NCBI GenBank assembly: GCA_050285825.1 | Contig: JBNNED010000097.1 | Span: forward strand, 1 to 25,096 | Reading direction: 5' to 3' | DNA: 25,096 bases | Source of the DNA: Verrucomicrobiales bacterium | Lineage (GTDB): Bacteria; Verrucomicrobiota; Verrucomicrobiia; Verrucomicrobiales; Akkermansiaceae | In this document: in pieces, positions 16,815 through 24,739 of the stretch | Layout: each line of letters opens with the position of its first letter | How positions within the stretch are numbered: position 1 is the stretch's first letter | Made by a program: the position numbers and the translations under genes | The notes under the pieces: generated by a model | What the model was told of the DNA's origin: nothing | Database searches by the model: none | What the model saw: the letters and a program-made list of their open reading frames with translations, nothing else

Positions 16815-18188
16815 TCACACGTCCCCGTGTACGCCAGTGGAATCACCGAAGCGCTCGGCTTTGGCTCCGAACTCGTGCAGCATGCGCAGGTAGAGGTTAC
16901 TCATCGGCACATCCTGCTTGAGATCCGTGTGGCGGCCCGGCGTCAGCACCCCCCCTCCTTTTCCAGCTACGATGACCGGCAGGTTCAGGTGACTGTGGCG
17001 ATCACCGTCGGCAATCCCGCTCCCGTAAACGATCATCGAGTTATCCAGCAGCGACTTTCCGTTCGCTTCCTTTGTCTCTTTCATCCGTTTCAGGAAGTAG
17101 GACAGGCTATCGAGATAAAAGCGGTCGATTCTCGCGATTTTTTCGAGATTTTCCTCTTTCCGCTGGTGGTGAGAGAGGTGGTGGTGCCCCTCCGGCACGC
17201 CCAGCTCTTTGAAACTCCGGTTGCTGCCATCGTGCGCGAGAAGAAAGCTGCTCACCCGCGTCGAATCCGTCTGGAAAGCCAGCACCATCATGTCCATCAT
17301 CAGGCGAATGTGCTCTTCGTAGGACTGCGGCGTGCCATTCGGGGCGTCGACACCGGGTTCGGGCGGAGGTCCGAAAGATTCCGCCATCTCAACGCGGCGT
17401 TCGATTTCCCGCACGCCCGTGAGGTATTCGTCGAGTTTCTGCTGGTCGTTGCGACCGAGAATCTGGTGCATCCCCTGAGCTTGGTCGTTGACGAAATCAA
17501 GGATCGAGCGCTTCGTCGCGAGTCGGCTCTGCATGTTTTTCGCCCGTTCTTTGGCGTCGCCCACCCCGAAGAGGCGTTCAAAAACAAGACGCGGGTTCGC
17601 CTCCGGCGCCATCGGCTGGGTCGCGCTGCGCCACGAGATATTATACTGGTATGCGCAGGAATAACCGGAGTCACAACTCCCCGACTTCCGCACGCCATCG
17701 CAGGAAAGCTCGAGTGAAGAAAAACGCGTTTTGCCATCCATGACGCGCGCCGCCATCTGGTCCACGGAGACGCCGAGATTGATGTCGGAACCTGCCGTTT
17801 TCTTGGCCCGCACGCCCGTCAGGAACGTCGCGTTCGCCCGCGCGTGGTCACCCGCGCCGTCCTTGCCACCATTGGCATTGGCATGACCGAAGCCGGAAAA
17901 AATTTGAAAATCCTCCCGCTGCCCTTCCAGGGCCTTGAAAGACTCACCGAGCTGGTAGTCCTTACCCTCGCCTTGCGGTCGCCAAAGATCGAGATTCACT
18001 CCGTTTGGCACGTAGAGATAAGCGAGGCGCAAGGGGTCACCGGCCGCCGTCGTCCCAGCCAGGCGCGCGCCCTGAGCCGCTGCCGCCACCGGCGCAAAAG
18101 CCTCCAAAGCAGGCAAACTCAGCATGGCACCCACACCGCGCAGGAAGCCACGGCGTTTCATTGAGGAATTGAGAGTCGATCGGGTCAT
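16815..18188 (-). CDS. DUF1552 domain-containing protein
   Basis: RRGFLRGVGAMLSLPALE, RLAYLYVPNGV, HARANATFLTG, SVDQ.AA, PEANPRLVFERLF, LAFQTDSTRV, HHHLSHH, LLDNSMIVYGSG and H.HLNLPVIVAG. Probable ATG at 18188 (the ORF track starts at 18224). Confidence 0.92.
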   Translation of the reverse strand: MTRSTLNSSMKRRGFLRGVGAMLSLPALEAFAPVAAAAQGARLAGTTAAGDPLRLAYLYVPNGVNLDLWRPQGEGKDYQLGESFKALEGQREDFQIFSGFGHANANGGKDGAGDHARANATFLTGVRAKKTAGSDINLGVSVDQMAARVMDGKTRFSSLELSCDGVRKSGSCDSGYSCAYQYNISWRSATQPMAPEANPRLVFERLFGVGDAKERAKNMQSRLATKRSILDFVNDQAQGMHQILGRNDQQKLDEYLTGVREIERRVEMAESFGPPPEPGVDAPNGTPQSYEEHIRLMMDMMVLAFQTDSTRVSSFLLAHDGSNRSFKELGVPEGHHHLSHHQRKEENLEKIARIDRFYLDSLSYFLKRMKETKEANGKSLLDNSMIVYGSGIADGDRHSHLNLPVIVAGKGGGVLTPGRHTDLKQDVPMSNLYLRMLHEFGAKAERFGDSTGVHGDV

Positions 18189-18271
18189 GCCGTAACTTAC
18201 GCATTCCCCGTGCAAATCAATCAAAATAACTCAAAAATCGCGTAAGAATCGCTCCTCAGCGCCACCCAAAC

Positions 18272-19114
18272 TCACAACTGCCAGCGTCCTTTGACCTCGG
18301 AGGGATAAAACAGGGCGTTCATCTCCCGCACCGCGCGCACCTTCATCACCCCGCCTTGCAAGTCAACGATCTGCGCCGCCCCACCCCGCATGAACGAACC
18401 GGTGTTGACGAGGACCCGGCCGTCTTTCTCCCAAATCCCCGCCCGATGAAAATGTCCGAAAACGAGGACTTTCGCCGCAGGCGCGAATTTTTGGAGAAAA
18501 GCGAGGCTCTCGCGGGGCATCTCCCGCCACGCCCGCGCGATCTGCACCGGACGGCTCGGCGGCCAGAGCGCCGTCGCAAAAAAATTCAAGGGCACCGGCA
18601 AGTCGGGGAGGGGCGTTGGTTTGATGACTTTCGCGATTTCCCGGGCGCGCGCGAGACGCGCCTCCAGTTCGCGGTCGCCTTCGGGAAACTTCGTGATCAA
18701 GTCCTTGATTTCCTTCCGGTAATGCCAGATTTCCCGAGAGAAGGGCGAAGCGACATCGTAAACCCCGTCTCCGTGCGTCACGAGAATTTCGCCCAGCTCT
18801 CCCAAGCTCACATAACCCGTGCGTTCCCCCGTTTCGGGATCATGATTGCCCGGTAAAAACACGCCTTCAACGCCCAGCTCGTCCAGAAGTCGCCGCAACG
18901 CGTCCAGCTCGGCCTTTCCCTCGTCCCGACGGTCCCGCCAGCGTTCCTGCCAAGTATCGCCGTTGAAAATCACCCGCTCGCAGCCCTCGAGGAGCGGCCG
19001 TAATCCCCGCCCTTTCTTCACTCGCGTGGCCGGATGCCCGAGGTGCAGATCCGATAAAATCCGCGTCAAACCCGCGCCCGCGCCCTGCTTTTTGTCGATC
19101 CCTTCCGAACTCAT
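18272..19114 (-). CDS. Calcineurin-like metallophosphoesterase
   Basis: SDLHLG, NGD, GNHD, THGD and FGHFH motifs in the expected order. Confidence 0.9.
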   Translation of the reverse strand: MSSEGIDKKQGAGAGLTRILSDLHLGHPATRVKKGRGLRPLLEGCERVIFNGDTWQERWRDRRDEGKAELDALRRLLDELGVEGVFLPGNHDPETGERTGYVSLGELGEILVTHGDGVYDVASPFSREIWHYRKEIKDLITKFPEGDRELEARLARAREIAKVIKPTPLPDLPVPLNFFATALWPPSRPVQIARAWREMPRESLAFLQKFAPAAKVLVFGHFHRAGIWEKDGRVLVNTGSFMRGGAAQIVDLQGGVMKVRAVREMNALFYPSEVKGRWQL

Positions 19115-19123
19115 TAACCACTA

Positions 19124-19690
19124 TTAACCCACCGACTCCCGCTGCCGCAAGGCTTCATAGAGACAAACTCCCGCCGAGACGCTCACATTCAGGCACGGCA
19201 CCTTCCCCTTCATCGGAAAACGCACCAGAAAATCGCACTCCTCCTCCGTCAGCCGACGCATCCCCTCATCTTCCGCCCCCATCACAATGGCGAGCGGACC
19301 CGCCAGATCCGTTTCGTAAAGCGATTGCGTCGCGCGGTCGGAGGTCCCCACAATCCACACCCCGCGCTCCTTGAGCGTGCGCATGGTGCGCGCCAAATTC
19401 GTCACTTTGACAAAAGGCACGCTCTCCGCCGCGCCCACGGAAACCCGCCGCACGGTCTCGGTCAGGCCCGCCGATTTATCCTTGGGCGCGATGACGGCAT
19501 CAACGCCCGCCCCGTCCGCCGTGCGCAAGAGAGCCCCGAGGTTGTTCGGGTCCTTGACGCAGTCCAAAATCAACAAGAACGGCCGCTCCACTTCCTCCAG
19601 AAGGCGCTCCAGGTCGCCCTCATCCATCGCCCGCGCTTCTTTTTCGCCCGCATGTCGGTTTTTCCGGGCCTCTCCCGCTCGTTTTCGCAT
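19124..19690 (-). CDS. SpoU/TrmH-family RNA 2'-O-methyltransferase, RlmB-like, catalytic domain only
   Basis: [36 protein letters not shown] and [14 protein letters not shown]; 188 aa. Confidence 0.9.
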   Translation of the reverse strand: MRKRAGEARKNRHAGEKEARAMDEGDLERLLEEVERPFLLILDCVKDPNNLGALLRTADGAGVDAVIAPKDKSAGLTETVRRVSVGAAESVPFVKVTNLARTMRTLKERGVWIVGTSDRATQSLYETDLAGPLAIVMGAEDEGMRRLTEEECDFLVRFPMKGKVPCLNVSVSAGVCLYEALRQRESVG

Positions 19691-19745
19691 GACCGCTTTC
19701 TATCGAAAAGTTCCCAAAAAACAAGCGACGAAGCTCACAGGAGCC

Positions 19746-20207
19746 TCAACGCTTGTTGAAACGCGCGACCTCCCGCTGCGCCTCACGCAACTCCGTGCGC
19801 TTCTTCAAATCATGCCGCTGGTCGTTGTGCGTCTTCCCTTTCCCCAGTCCGAGCTCGACCTTCACCCGGTTCCCTTTGAAATAAAGCGACAAACATACCA
19901 AAGTTTGGCCTTTTTGCGCGAGCTGCTGTTCCAGCTTGAGAATTTCCCGCCGGTGCATGAGCAACTTGCGCGGTCGCCGCGCCGCGTGCTGAAACCACTC
20001 GCCCGCCGTTTGCCACGGTTGAATGTCGCAGCCATAGAGCCAGGCCTCGCCGCGCTCAATCCGCGCGAAAGCATCGCCGATATTGACTTTGCTATCGCGG
20101 ATCGACTTCACTTCCGTCCCCACCAGCACGAGCCCCGCCTCGAAGGTCTCGCTGATGTGGAAATCCCGCCGCGCCTTCTTATTACGGGCAACCGGAACCG
20201 TCTTCAT
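19746..20207 (-). CDS. smpB: SsrA-binding protein SmpB
   Basis: VARNKKARRDFHISETFEAGLVLVGTEVKSIRD, RRPRKLLMHRREI and LGLGKGKTHNDQRHDLK. Confidence 0.97.
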   Translation of the reverse strand: MKTVPVARNKKARRDFHISETFEAGLVLVGTEVKSIRDSKVNIGDAFARIERGEAWLYGCDIQPWQTAGEWFQHAARRPRKLLMHRREILKLEQQLAQKGQTLVCLSLYFKGNRVKVELGLGKGKTHNDQRHDLKKRTELREAQREVARFNKR

Positions 20208-20210
20208 CCC

Positions 20211-20417
20211 TCAGGACTCGACCGCTTCTTCCTCCAGCACGATTTTGCCTTCGATGATCTCGCTCAGGGCGATGTCGGCAAAACCCATGCTGGGCAAGGC
20301 ATTGATCAGTGGTGCCCGGCCCTGGTTGAGCTGACGCACCCGTTTGGAGACCAGGTTAATCAACACAAGAGGATCGGTCACGATTTCAGAGGCTTGTTCT
20401 ACTAGATCACTTTTCAT
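20211..20417 (-). CDS. rpoZ: DNA-directed RNA polymerase subunit omega (short PVC-type)
   Basis: MKSDLVEQASEIVTDPLVLINLVSKRVRQLNQGRAPL...DIALSEIIEGKI; probable ATG at 20417 (the ORF track starts at 20489). Confidence 0.85.
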   Translation of the reverse strand: MKSDLVEQASEIVTDPLVLINLVSKRVRQLNQGRAPLINALPSMGFADIALSEIIEGKIVLEEEAVES

Positions 20418-20536
20418 GGGTACCGCATTGGACCGAAGGGGTGCCGCTGGCTTTTCAAAAGGAACGATATTGTCAGCTTTCATTAACACCCGATCAGAAA
20501 CACACGCTGCCAGAAGACAACGCGGGCGACGGGTGA

Positions 20537-20566
20537 ATCATATTCCGAGTCGCTTGACAAGCGCAA
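20537..20566 (-). promoter_or_regulatory. Possible sigma70-type promoter for the rpoZ-smpB operon
   Basis: Minus strand TTGCGC-N18-TATGAT upstream of rpoZ; pattern match only. Confidence 0.3.
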
Positions 20567-20633
20567 AGCATGATTTTTTCAAATTCTCCCTGCCAAATCC
20601 GCCCGAAAACCCCACCCTTCCTTTCTCCCAACC

Positions 20634-21572
20634 TCAAAGCTCGATCCCCTCGCCCGGCTCCGGAATGAAGATCCGTTCGCTCAAACCCCGCCTCTCCGCC
20701 TCGCGCCGCAAGCGCTCCACCGGCTCCTCCGGGTGCTCGTTGCCCAGCGGAAAAGTCCCGTAGTGCATTGGCACCATGAGCTCCGCTCCGAGATCGATAA
20801 AAGCCTGCACGGCCTCCTCCGGGTTCATATGGACGTCCCGCCCGCTCGGCGCTTCATAGGCCCCGATCGGCAAGAGCGCCACACAGATATCGACCCTCTT
20901 CCCGATTTCTTTGAAACCCTCGAAATACGCGCTATCGCCGCAGTGAAAGACCTTGCGCCGACCCGAACCCACGACAAAGCCGCCGTAATCGCGGTGCGTG
21001 TCGTGACCGTAGCGCGCGCCCCAGTGGTGACTCGGCGTGTGCATGACCTTCACCCCGCCCAGCTCCATTTCCTCCCAAACCTTCATCTCCGTCACCCGCT
21101 CGAAACCCAGCCTCCGCACCAGCTTCCCGCTTCCCGTTGGCACCACCACCCCTTGCCGCGCCCGCAGCACCTTCAGGCTTTTTTTATGCAAATGGTCGAA
21201 ATGCGCGTGCGAAACCAGGACGAGATCGAGCTCCGGCACCTCCTCCAGCTTCAGCCCCGGCTCCCGCTGCCGCTTCACCGGCCCGTGCCAGCGCGCCCAG
21301 TTCGGGTCAAAAACCATGCTGTGATCCTCAAACTGCACCAAAAAAGAAGCGTGCCCCACCCAGGTCACCCGCATCGCTCCATCCGCCGGCGGGACCGTCA
21401 CCGGCGACAAACTCTCACCGAGCAATCTCTTGAAAACCTGCGGAATCAGCCGATGACGCCAGAAGCGGTAATTGCGCGCCGGCCAGCCTTTCTTCGGGGC
21501 CAAACCCGCATAATCCCGCCTCTCTGTCGACTCCCCCATTTCCGTCTCTTCCAATTCAGCCATGCGCCTCAA
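20634..21572 (-). CDS. MBL-fold metallo-hydrolase (NAPE-PLD-like / Lactamase_B_2), exact start uncertain
   Basis: TWVGHASFLV, FDP, SHAHFDHL, HHWGAR, GDS, PIGAY, HMNPEEAVQAF and PMHYGTF. Confidence 0.92.
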   Translation of the reverse strand: MRRMAELEETEMGESTERRDYAGLAPKKGWPARNYRFWRHRLIPQVFKRLLGESLSPVTVPPADGAMRVTWVGHASFLVQFEDHSMVFDPNWARWHGPVKRQREPGLKLEEVPELDLVLVSHAHFDHLHKKSLKVLRARQGVVVPTGSGKLVRRLGFERVTEMKVWEEMELGGVKVMHTPSHHWGARYGHDTHRDYGGFVVGSGRRKVFHCGDSAYFEGFKEIGKRVDICVALLPIGAYEAPSGRDVHMNPEEAVQAFIDLGAELMVPMHYGTFPLGNEHPEEPVERLRREAERRGLSERIFIPEPGEGIEL

Positions 21573-21578
21573 TCTCGC

Positions 21579-22358
21579 TCAATCCAGAGCCTTCGCAATC
21601 TCTTCCGCCCAAAAGCGCGCCCGCACCGCCAAACTCCGCCCGTCATCCGCGTAGGAAATTCCCCGCGACACATTGATCACCGGCGGAGCCACCCGACCCG
21701 ATCCGCTCAACGAGCCCAGGCTCCCGCCCTGCGCTCCCAAACCCGGCACCAGCAGCGGCACATCCGGCAAACCGCCGAGCACATCCTCGTCCGCATTCGT
21801 CAAACCGACCACCAGCCCCACCTCCGTCTTCCGACCCTCCGCCTGCGCCCGTCCGCAAAAATCCCCCACCCGCTCAAACAACTTCCGCCCCTCGCAATCG
21901 CGCCGCTGAAAATCGGCACTGCCCGCATTCGACGTCACCGCCAGGAGATAAATCCCCTTCCCTTCCCAATCCAAAAAAGGCTCGATCGTATCATAACCCA
22001 AAAACGGATTCAGCGTCACCGCATCCACCTTCCACGTCTCAAAATAGGAAATGGCGTAATACTTCTGCGTCTCCCCGATGTCACTCCGCTTCGCATCCAA
22101 AATCACCGGCACCTCCGCAGGCATCTCCCCGAGCAAATTCTCCAAAATCTCGATCCCCCGCAACCCCATGGCCTCAAAATAGGCCATATTCGGTTTAAAA
22201 GCCGCCGCAAACTCCGCCGTCTCCCCCACGATCCGCCGCAGCGACTCCGCCACGCCCTCCACCCCGCCTTCCGTCAACTGCGGCCTTGGATCCAAACCCA
22301 CACACAGCGCCGAACCCGTCTCCTCACGTCTTTTCTGCAATCGCTCACCAAATTTCAC
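21579..22358 (-). CDS. pyrF: Orotidine-5'-phosphate decarboxylase (type 2)
   Basis: LCVGLDP, FKPNMAYFE, ILDAKRSDIGET, LVPGLGAQGG and INVSRGI. The GTG start at 22358 overlaps the DoxX TGA (GTGA). Confidence 0.95.
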   Translation of the reverse strand: MKFGERLQKRREETGSALCVGLDPRPQLTEGGVEGVAESLRRIVGETAEFAAAFKPNMAYFEAMGLRGIEILENLLGEMPAEVPVILDAKRSDIGETQKYYAISYFETWKVDAVTLNPFLGYDTIEPFLDWEGKGIYLLAVTSNAGSADFQRRDCEGRKLFERVGDFCGRAQAEGRKTEVGLVVGLTNADEDVLGGLPDVPLLVPGLGAQGGSLGSLSGSGRVAPPVINVSRGISYADDGRSLAVRARFWAEEIAKALD

Positions 22359-22915
22359 ACCCCCTCCATACCCTCCCCGGCCTCCCCGCGCAAGCCTCCC
22401 GCCACCCGTCGTTCCTCCCACCACCAAATCCCCGCCGCCAGAACGAGCAGGACCGCATTCGAAAGCATCTTCCAGCCGTAATTGACCGGCGCGTCCGACT
22501 TACCGAAACACCCACAACTGATATCGAGCCCCCGCCCCCAGGCCATCCCCAGCGCCAATAAAAACACCATCAGCATCCCGACAATCGCCAAAAGCCCGCC
22601 CCGCACGCCCAAGCCCGTCACCAAAGCCACTCCCGCCAAAAGCTCCAGCCATGGCAAAAAATGCGCCACCCAGGCATCATGCGGCGACATCAAAATCTGG
22701 TAATTCCCCACCGCCTCCGTGAAAGCCCCGAGATCCAGCAACTTCACCACGCCCGACCACGCGAAAAACACGCCCAAAAAGACCCGCAGCACCCACACCG
22801 TCACTGCCAAATACTCCTCCCGTGCAGTGGGCTTCCAGCCCGCTGATCTCCCATCCCGTGCAGTGGGCTTCCAGCCCGCTGGCCTCTTATCATCTCCCAA
22901 GTGAGCCATCATCAT
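22355..22915 (-). CDS. MauE/DoxX-family redox-associated membrane protein (start uncertain)
   Basis: RVFLGVFFAWSGVVKLLD..AF...V.NY.I, LPWLELLAG and GLDISCGCFG. Confidence 0.88.
   Translation of the reverse strand: MMMAHLGDDKRPAGWKPTARDGRSAGWKPTAREEYLAVTVWVLRVFLGVFFAWSGVVKLLDLGAFTEAVGNYQILMSPHDAWVAHFLPWLELLAGVALVTGLGVRGGLLAIVGMLMVFLLALGMAWGRGLDISCGCFGKSDAPVNYGWKMLSNAVLLVLAAGIWWWEERRVAGGLRGEAGEGMEGV
22820..22881 (+). repeat. REP-like palindromic element, short form, tandem pair (36-nt period)
   Basis: ccgtgcagtgggcttccagcccgctg at 22820-22845 and 22856-22881; hairpin cagtgggc-ttcca-gcccgctg. Confidence 0.92.
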
Positions 22916-22921
22916 CCTTTC

Positions 22922-23434
22922 TTAAAATTCCCGCGCGAGAAACTTGCGCGACACCTTCACATACTTCTCCGCCCAGCCCTTCACCCCCCGCTGGGCCTCC
23001 AGATCGAGCGTCTTCACCACCCGTGCCGGACTCCCCAGCACCAAAGAACCCGGCGGAATCTCCATCCCGCCCGTCACCAGCGCCTTCGCCCCGATGATCG
23101 AGCGCTCCCCCACCACCGCGCCATCCAGAACCACCGCCCCCATCCCCACCAGCACCTCATCCTTGATCGTGCAGGCATGAATGACCGCACTGTGCCCCAC
23201 CGTCACCCACTCCCCGACGTGGCACCCGTAGTCATCCGCCAAATGCACCACCGCATTATCCTGAATATTACTCCGCGGCCCCACCGAAATCTCATTAATA
23301 TCCCCCCGCAACACCGCCCCATACCACACACTCGACTCCTCCCCCAGCCGCACCCGCCCGATCACATCCGCGCTCCCCGCCACAAAGGCGCTCTCCGGCA
23401 CCTCCGGCCACACATTCTCAAAAGGTTCAATCAT
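22922..23434 (-). CDS. Gamma carbonic anhydrase family protein (YrdA-like)
   Basis: Hexapeptide repeats; SVWYGAVLRGDIN, SNIQDNAVVH and VTVGHSAVIHAC (three Zn-binding His positions). ATG at 23434. Confidence 0.94.
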   Translation of the reverse strand: MIEPFENVWPEVPESAFVAGSADVIGRVRLGEESSVWYGAVLRGDINEISVGPRSNIQDNAVVHLADDYGCHVGEWVTVGHSAVIHACTIKDEVLVGMGAVVLDGAVVGERSIIGAKALVTGGMEIPPGSLVLGSPARVVKTLDLEAQRGVKGWAEKYVKVSRKFLAREF

Positions 23435-23478
23435 GACACTCGACAACTAACCCACCCCCACCCCTAAATCAACCCCCA

Positions 23479-23520
23479 CCGTGCAGTGGGTAAAATGCCC
23501 TCTGGGTACTTCCAGCCCGC
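23479..23520 (+). repeat. REP-like palindromic element, long form (copy 2)
   Basis: Identical over 42 nt to 3993-4034; lies between divergent genes. Confidence 0.9.
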
Positions 23521-23527
23521 CGAATTC

Positions 23528-23569
23528 CTCCCTACTCCCTACTCCCTACTCCCTGCTTTCTACTCAATG
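23528..23569 (+). repeat. Orphan heptamer array (CTCCCTA-type)
   Basis: ctcccta x3, ctccctg, ctttcta, ctcaatg; the last unit contains the ATG of the RluA-family gene. Confidence 0.88.
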
Positions 23570-24205
23570 TTCCAAATCATCCACGAAGACGACCACCTCA
23601 TCGTCGTCAACAAAGCCAGCGGCTTCCTATCCGTCCCCGGTCGCGGCCCGGAAAAAATCGACTCCGTCGCCCACCGCGTCCGCCAGCGCCGCCCCGACGC
23701 CATCACCCACCCCGCCGTCCACCGGCTCGACATGGACACCTCCGGCCTCCTCGTCCTCGCTTACACCGCCGAGGCCCACCGCCACCTCTCCCGCCAGTTC
23801 CAGGAACGCCAAACCCAAAAAACCTACCACTCCCTCCTCGACGGCACCCTGCCTCCCGAAAAAGGCACCCACGGTCGCATCGAACTCCCCTTCCGCCTTG
23901 ACATCGACAACCGCCCTTACCAAATCCACGACCCCATCCACGGAAAAATCGGCCTCACCCACTGGCGCCTCCTTGCCAACGAGCCACCCCACGCCCGCAT
24001 CGAGTTCACCCCCCACACCGGCCGCACCCACCAGCTCCGCGTCCACGCCGCCCACCCCCTCGGCCTCGGCCTCCCCATCGTCGGCGATCCCCTTTACGGA
24101 AACGGCAGCGCCCCCGGCCAACTCAAACTCCACGCCACCACCCTCAGCTTCACCCACCCCCACACCCTCGAAACCCTCACCTTCACCACCCCCGTTCCTT
24201 TTTAA
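23567..24205 (+). CDS. RluA-family pseudouridine synthase
   Basis: VVNKASGFLSVPGRG, VHRLDMDTSGLLVLA and TGRTHQLRVHAA..GLPIVGDPLYG. ATG at 23567; the longer 23486 start would translate only REP and heptamer sequence. Confidence 0.94.
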   Translation: MFQIIHEDDHLIVVNKASGFLSVPGRGPEKIDSVAHRVRQRRPDAITHPAVHRLDMDTSGLLVLAYTAEAHRHLSRQFQERQTQKTYHSLLDGTLPPEKGTHGRIELPFRLDIDNRPYQIHDPIHGKIGLTHWRLLANEPPHARIEFTPHTGRTHQLRVHAAHPLGLGLPIVGDPLYGNGSAPGQLKLHATTLSFTHPHTLETLTFTTPVPF

Positions 24206-24220
24206 ACCCCCGAAAACCCC

Positions 24221-24700
24221 ATGAAAAAGCCCCTCTCCGCCCTCAAGCCCAGCTCCCCGCTCTTCCCCCTCGCCCTCCTCACCCTTGCCTGGCTCATCGA
24301 ACTCACCGACCTCATCCTCCTCCGGGGCAGCCTCGACCAACTCGGTATCCGCCCCCGCCAGTGGGCCGGCCTCCCCGGCATCCTCCTCGCCCCCTTCCTC
24401 CATGGCGGACTCCCCCACCTCCTATCCAACACCCTTCCCTTCCTCCTCCTCGCCACCCTCATCCAAAACGCCGAGCGCAAGCACTTCGCCTCCCTCACCC
24501 TCGCCCTCCTCCTCACCGGCGGCCTCGGCACCTGGCTCATCGGCGGGCGAAACGAAATCCACATCGGCGCCAGCGGCCTCATCTACGGCTACTTCGCCTA
24601 CATCCTTGCCCGCGCCTGGACCCAGCGACGCCCCCTCTGGATCGCCCTCGCCCTCCTCACCCTCCTCCTCTACAGCGGCCTCATCCACGGCCTCCACCCC
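24221..24700 (+). CDS. Rhomboid-family intramembrane serine protease, C-terminally truncated (absent from the ORF track because the frame has no stop before the window end)
   Basis: ATG at 24221: MKKPLSALKP...GIRPRQWAGLPGILLAPFLHGGLPHLLSNTLP...HIGASGLIYGYFAY...LLYSGLIHG. The final His-bearing TM helix is not seen. Confidence 0.85.
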
Positions 24701-24739
24701 CACCCCCGCCCCCCCAAAAACAGGGAAGGCCACCACACC

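Noticed and set aside
20551-20563. Perfect TTGACA on the + strand inside the palindrome cgcttgacaagcg
   Set aside because: No convincing -10 at the right spacing and no + strand gene downstream; might be an operator but cannot be supported.
19691-20633. tmRNA (ssrA) or tRNA near smpB
   Set aside because: The flanking gaps are too short or lack tRNA-like acceptor/T-arm structure; no RNA gene could be supported anywhere in the window.
22820-22881. Possible mini-CRISPR (26-28-nt repeats)
   Set aside because: Only two copies with an 8-10-nt spacer, related copies dispersed elsewhere, and no cas genes; fits a REP element better.
23486-23566. N-terminal extension MGKMPSGYFQPAEFLPTPYSLLPAFYS on the RluA-family ORF
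   Set aside because: It starts at a GTG inside the REP element and translates only repeat DNA; homology begins at ATG 23567.
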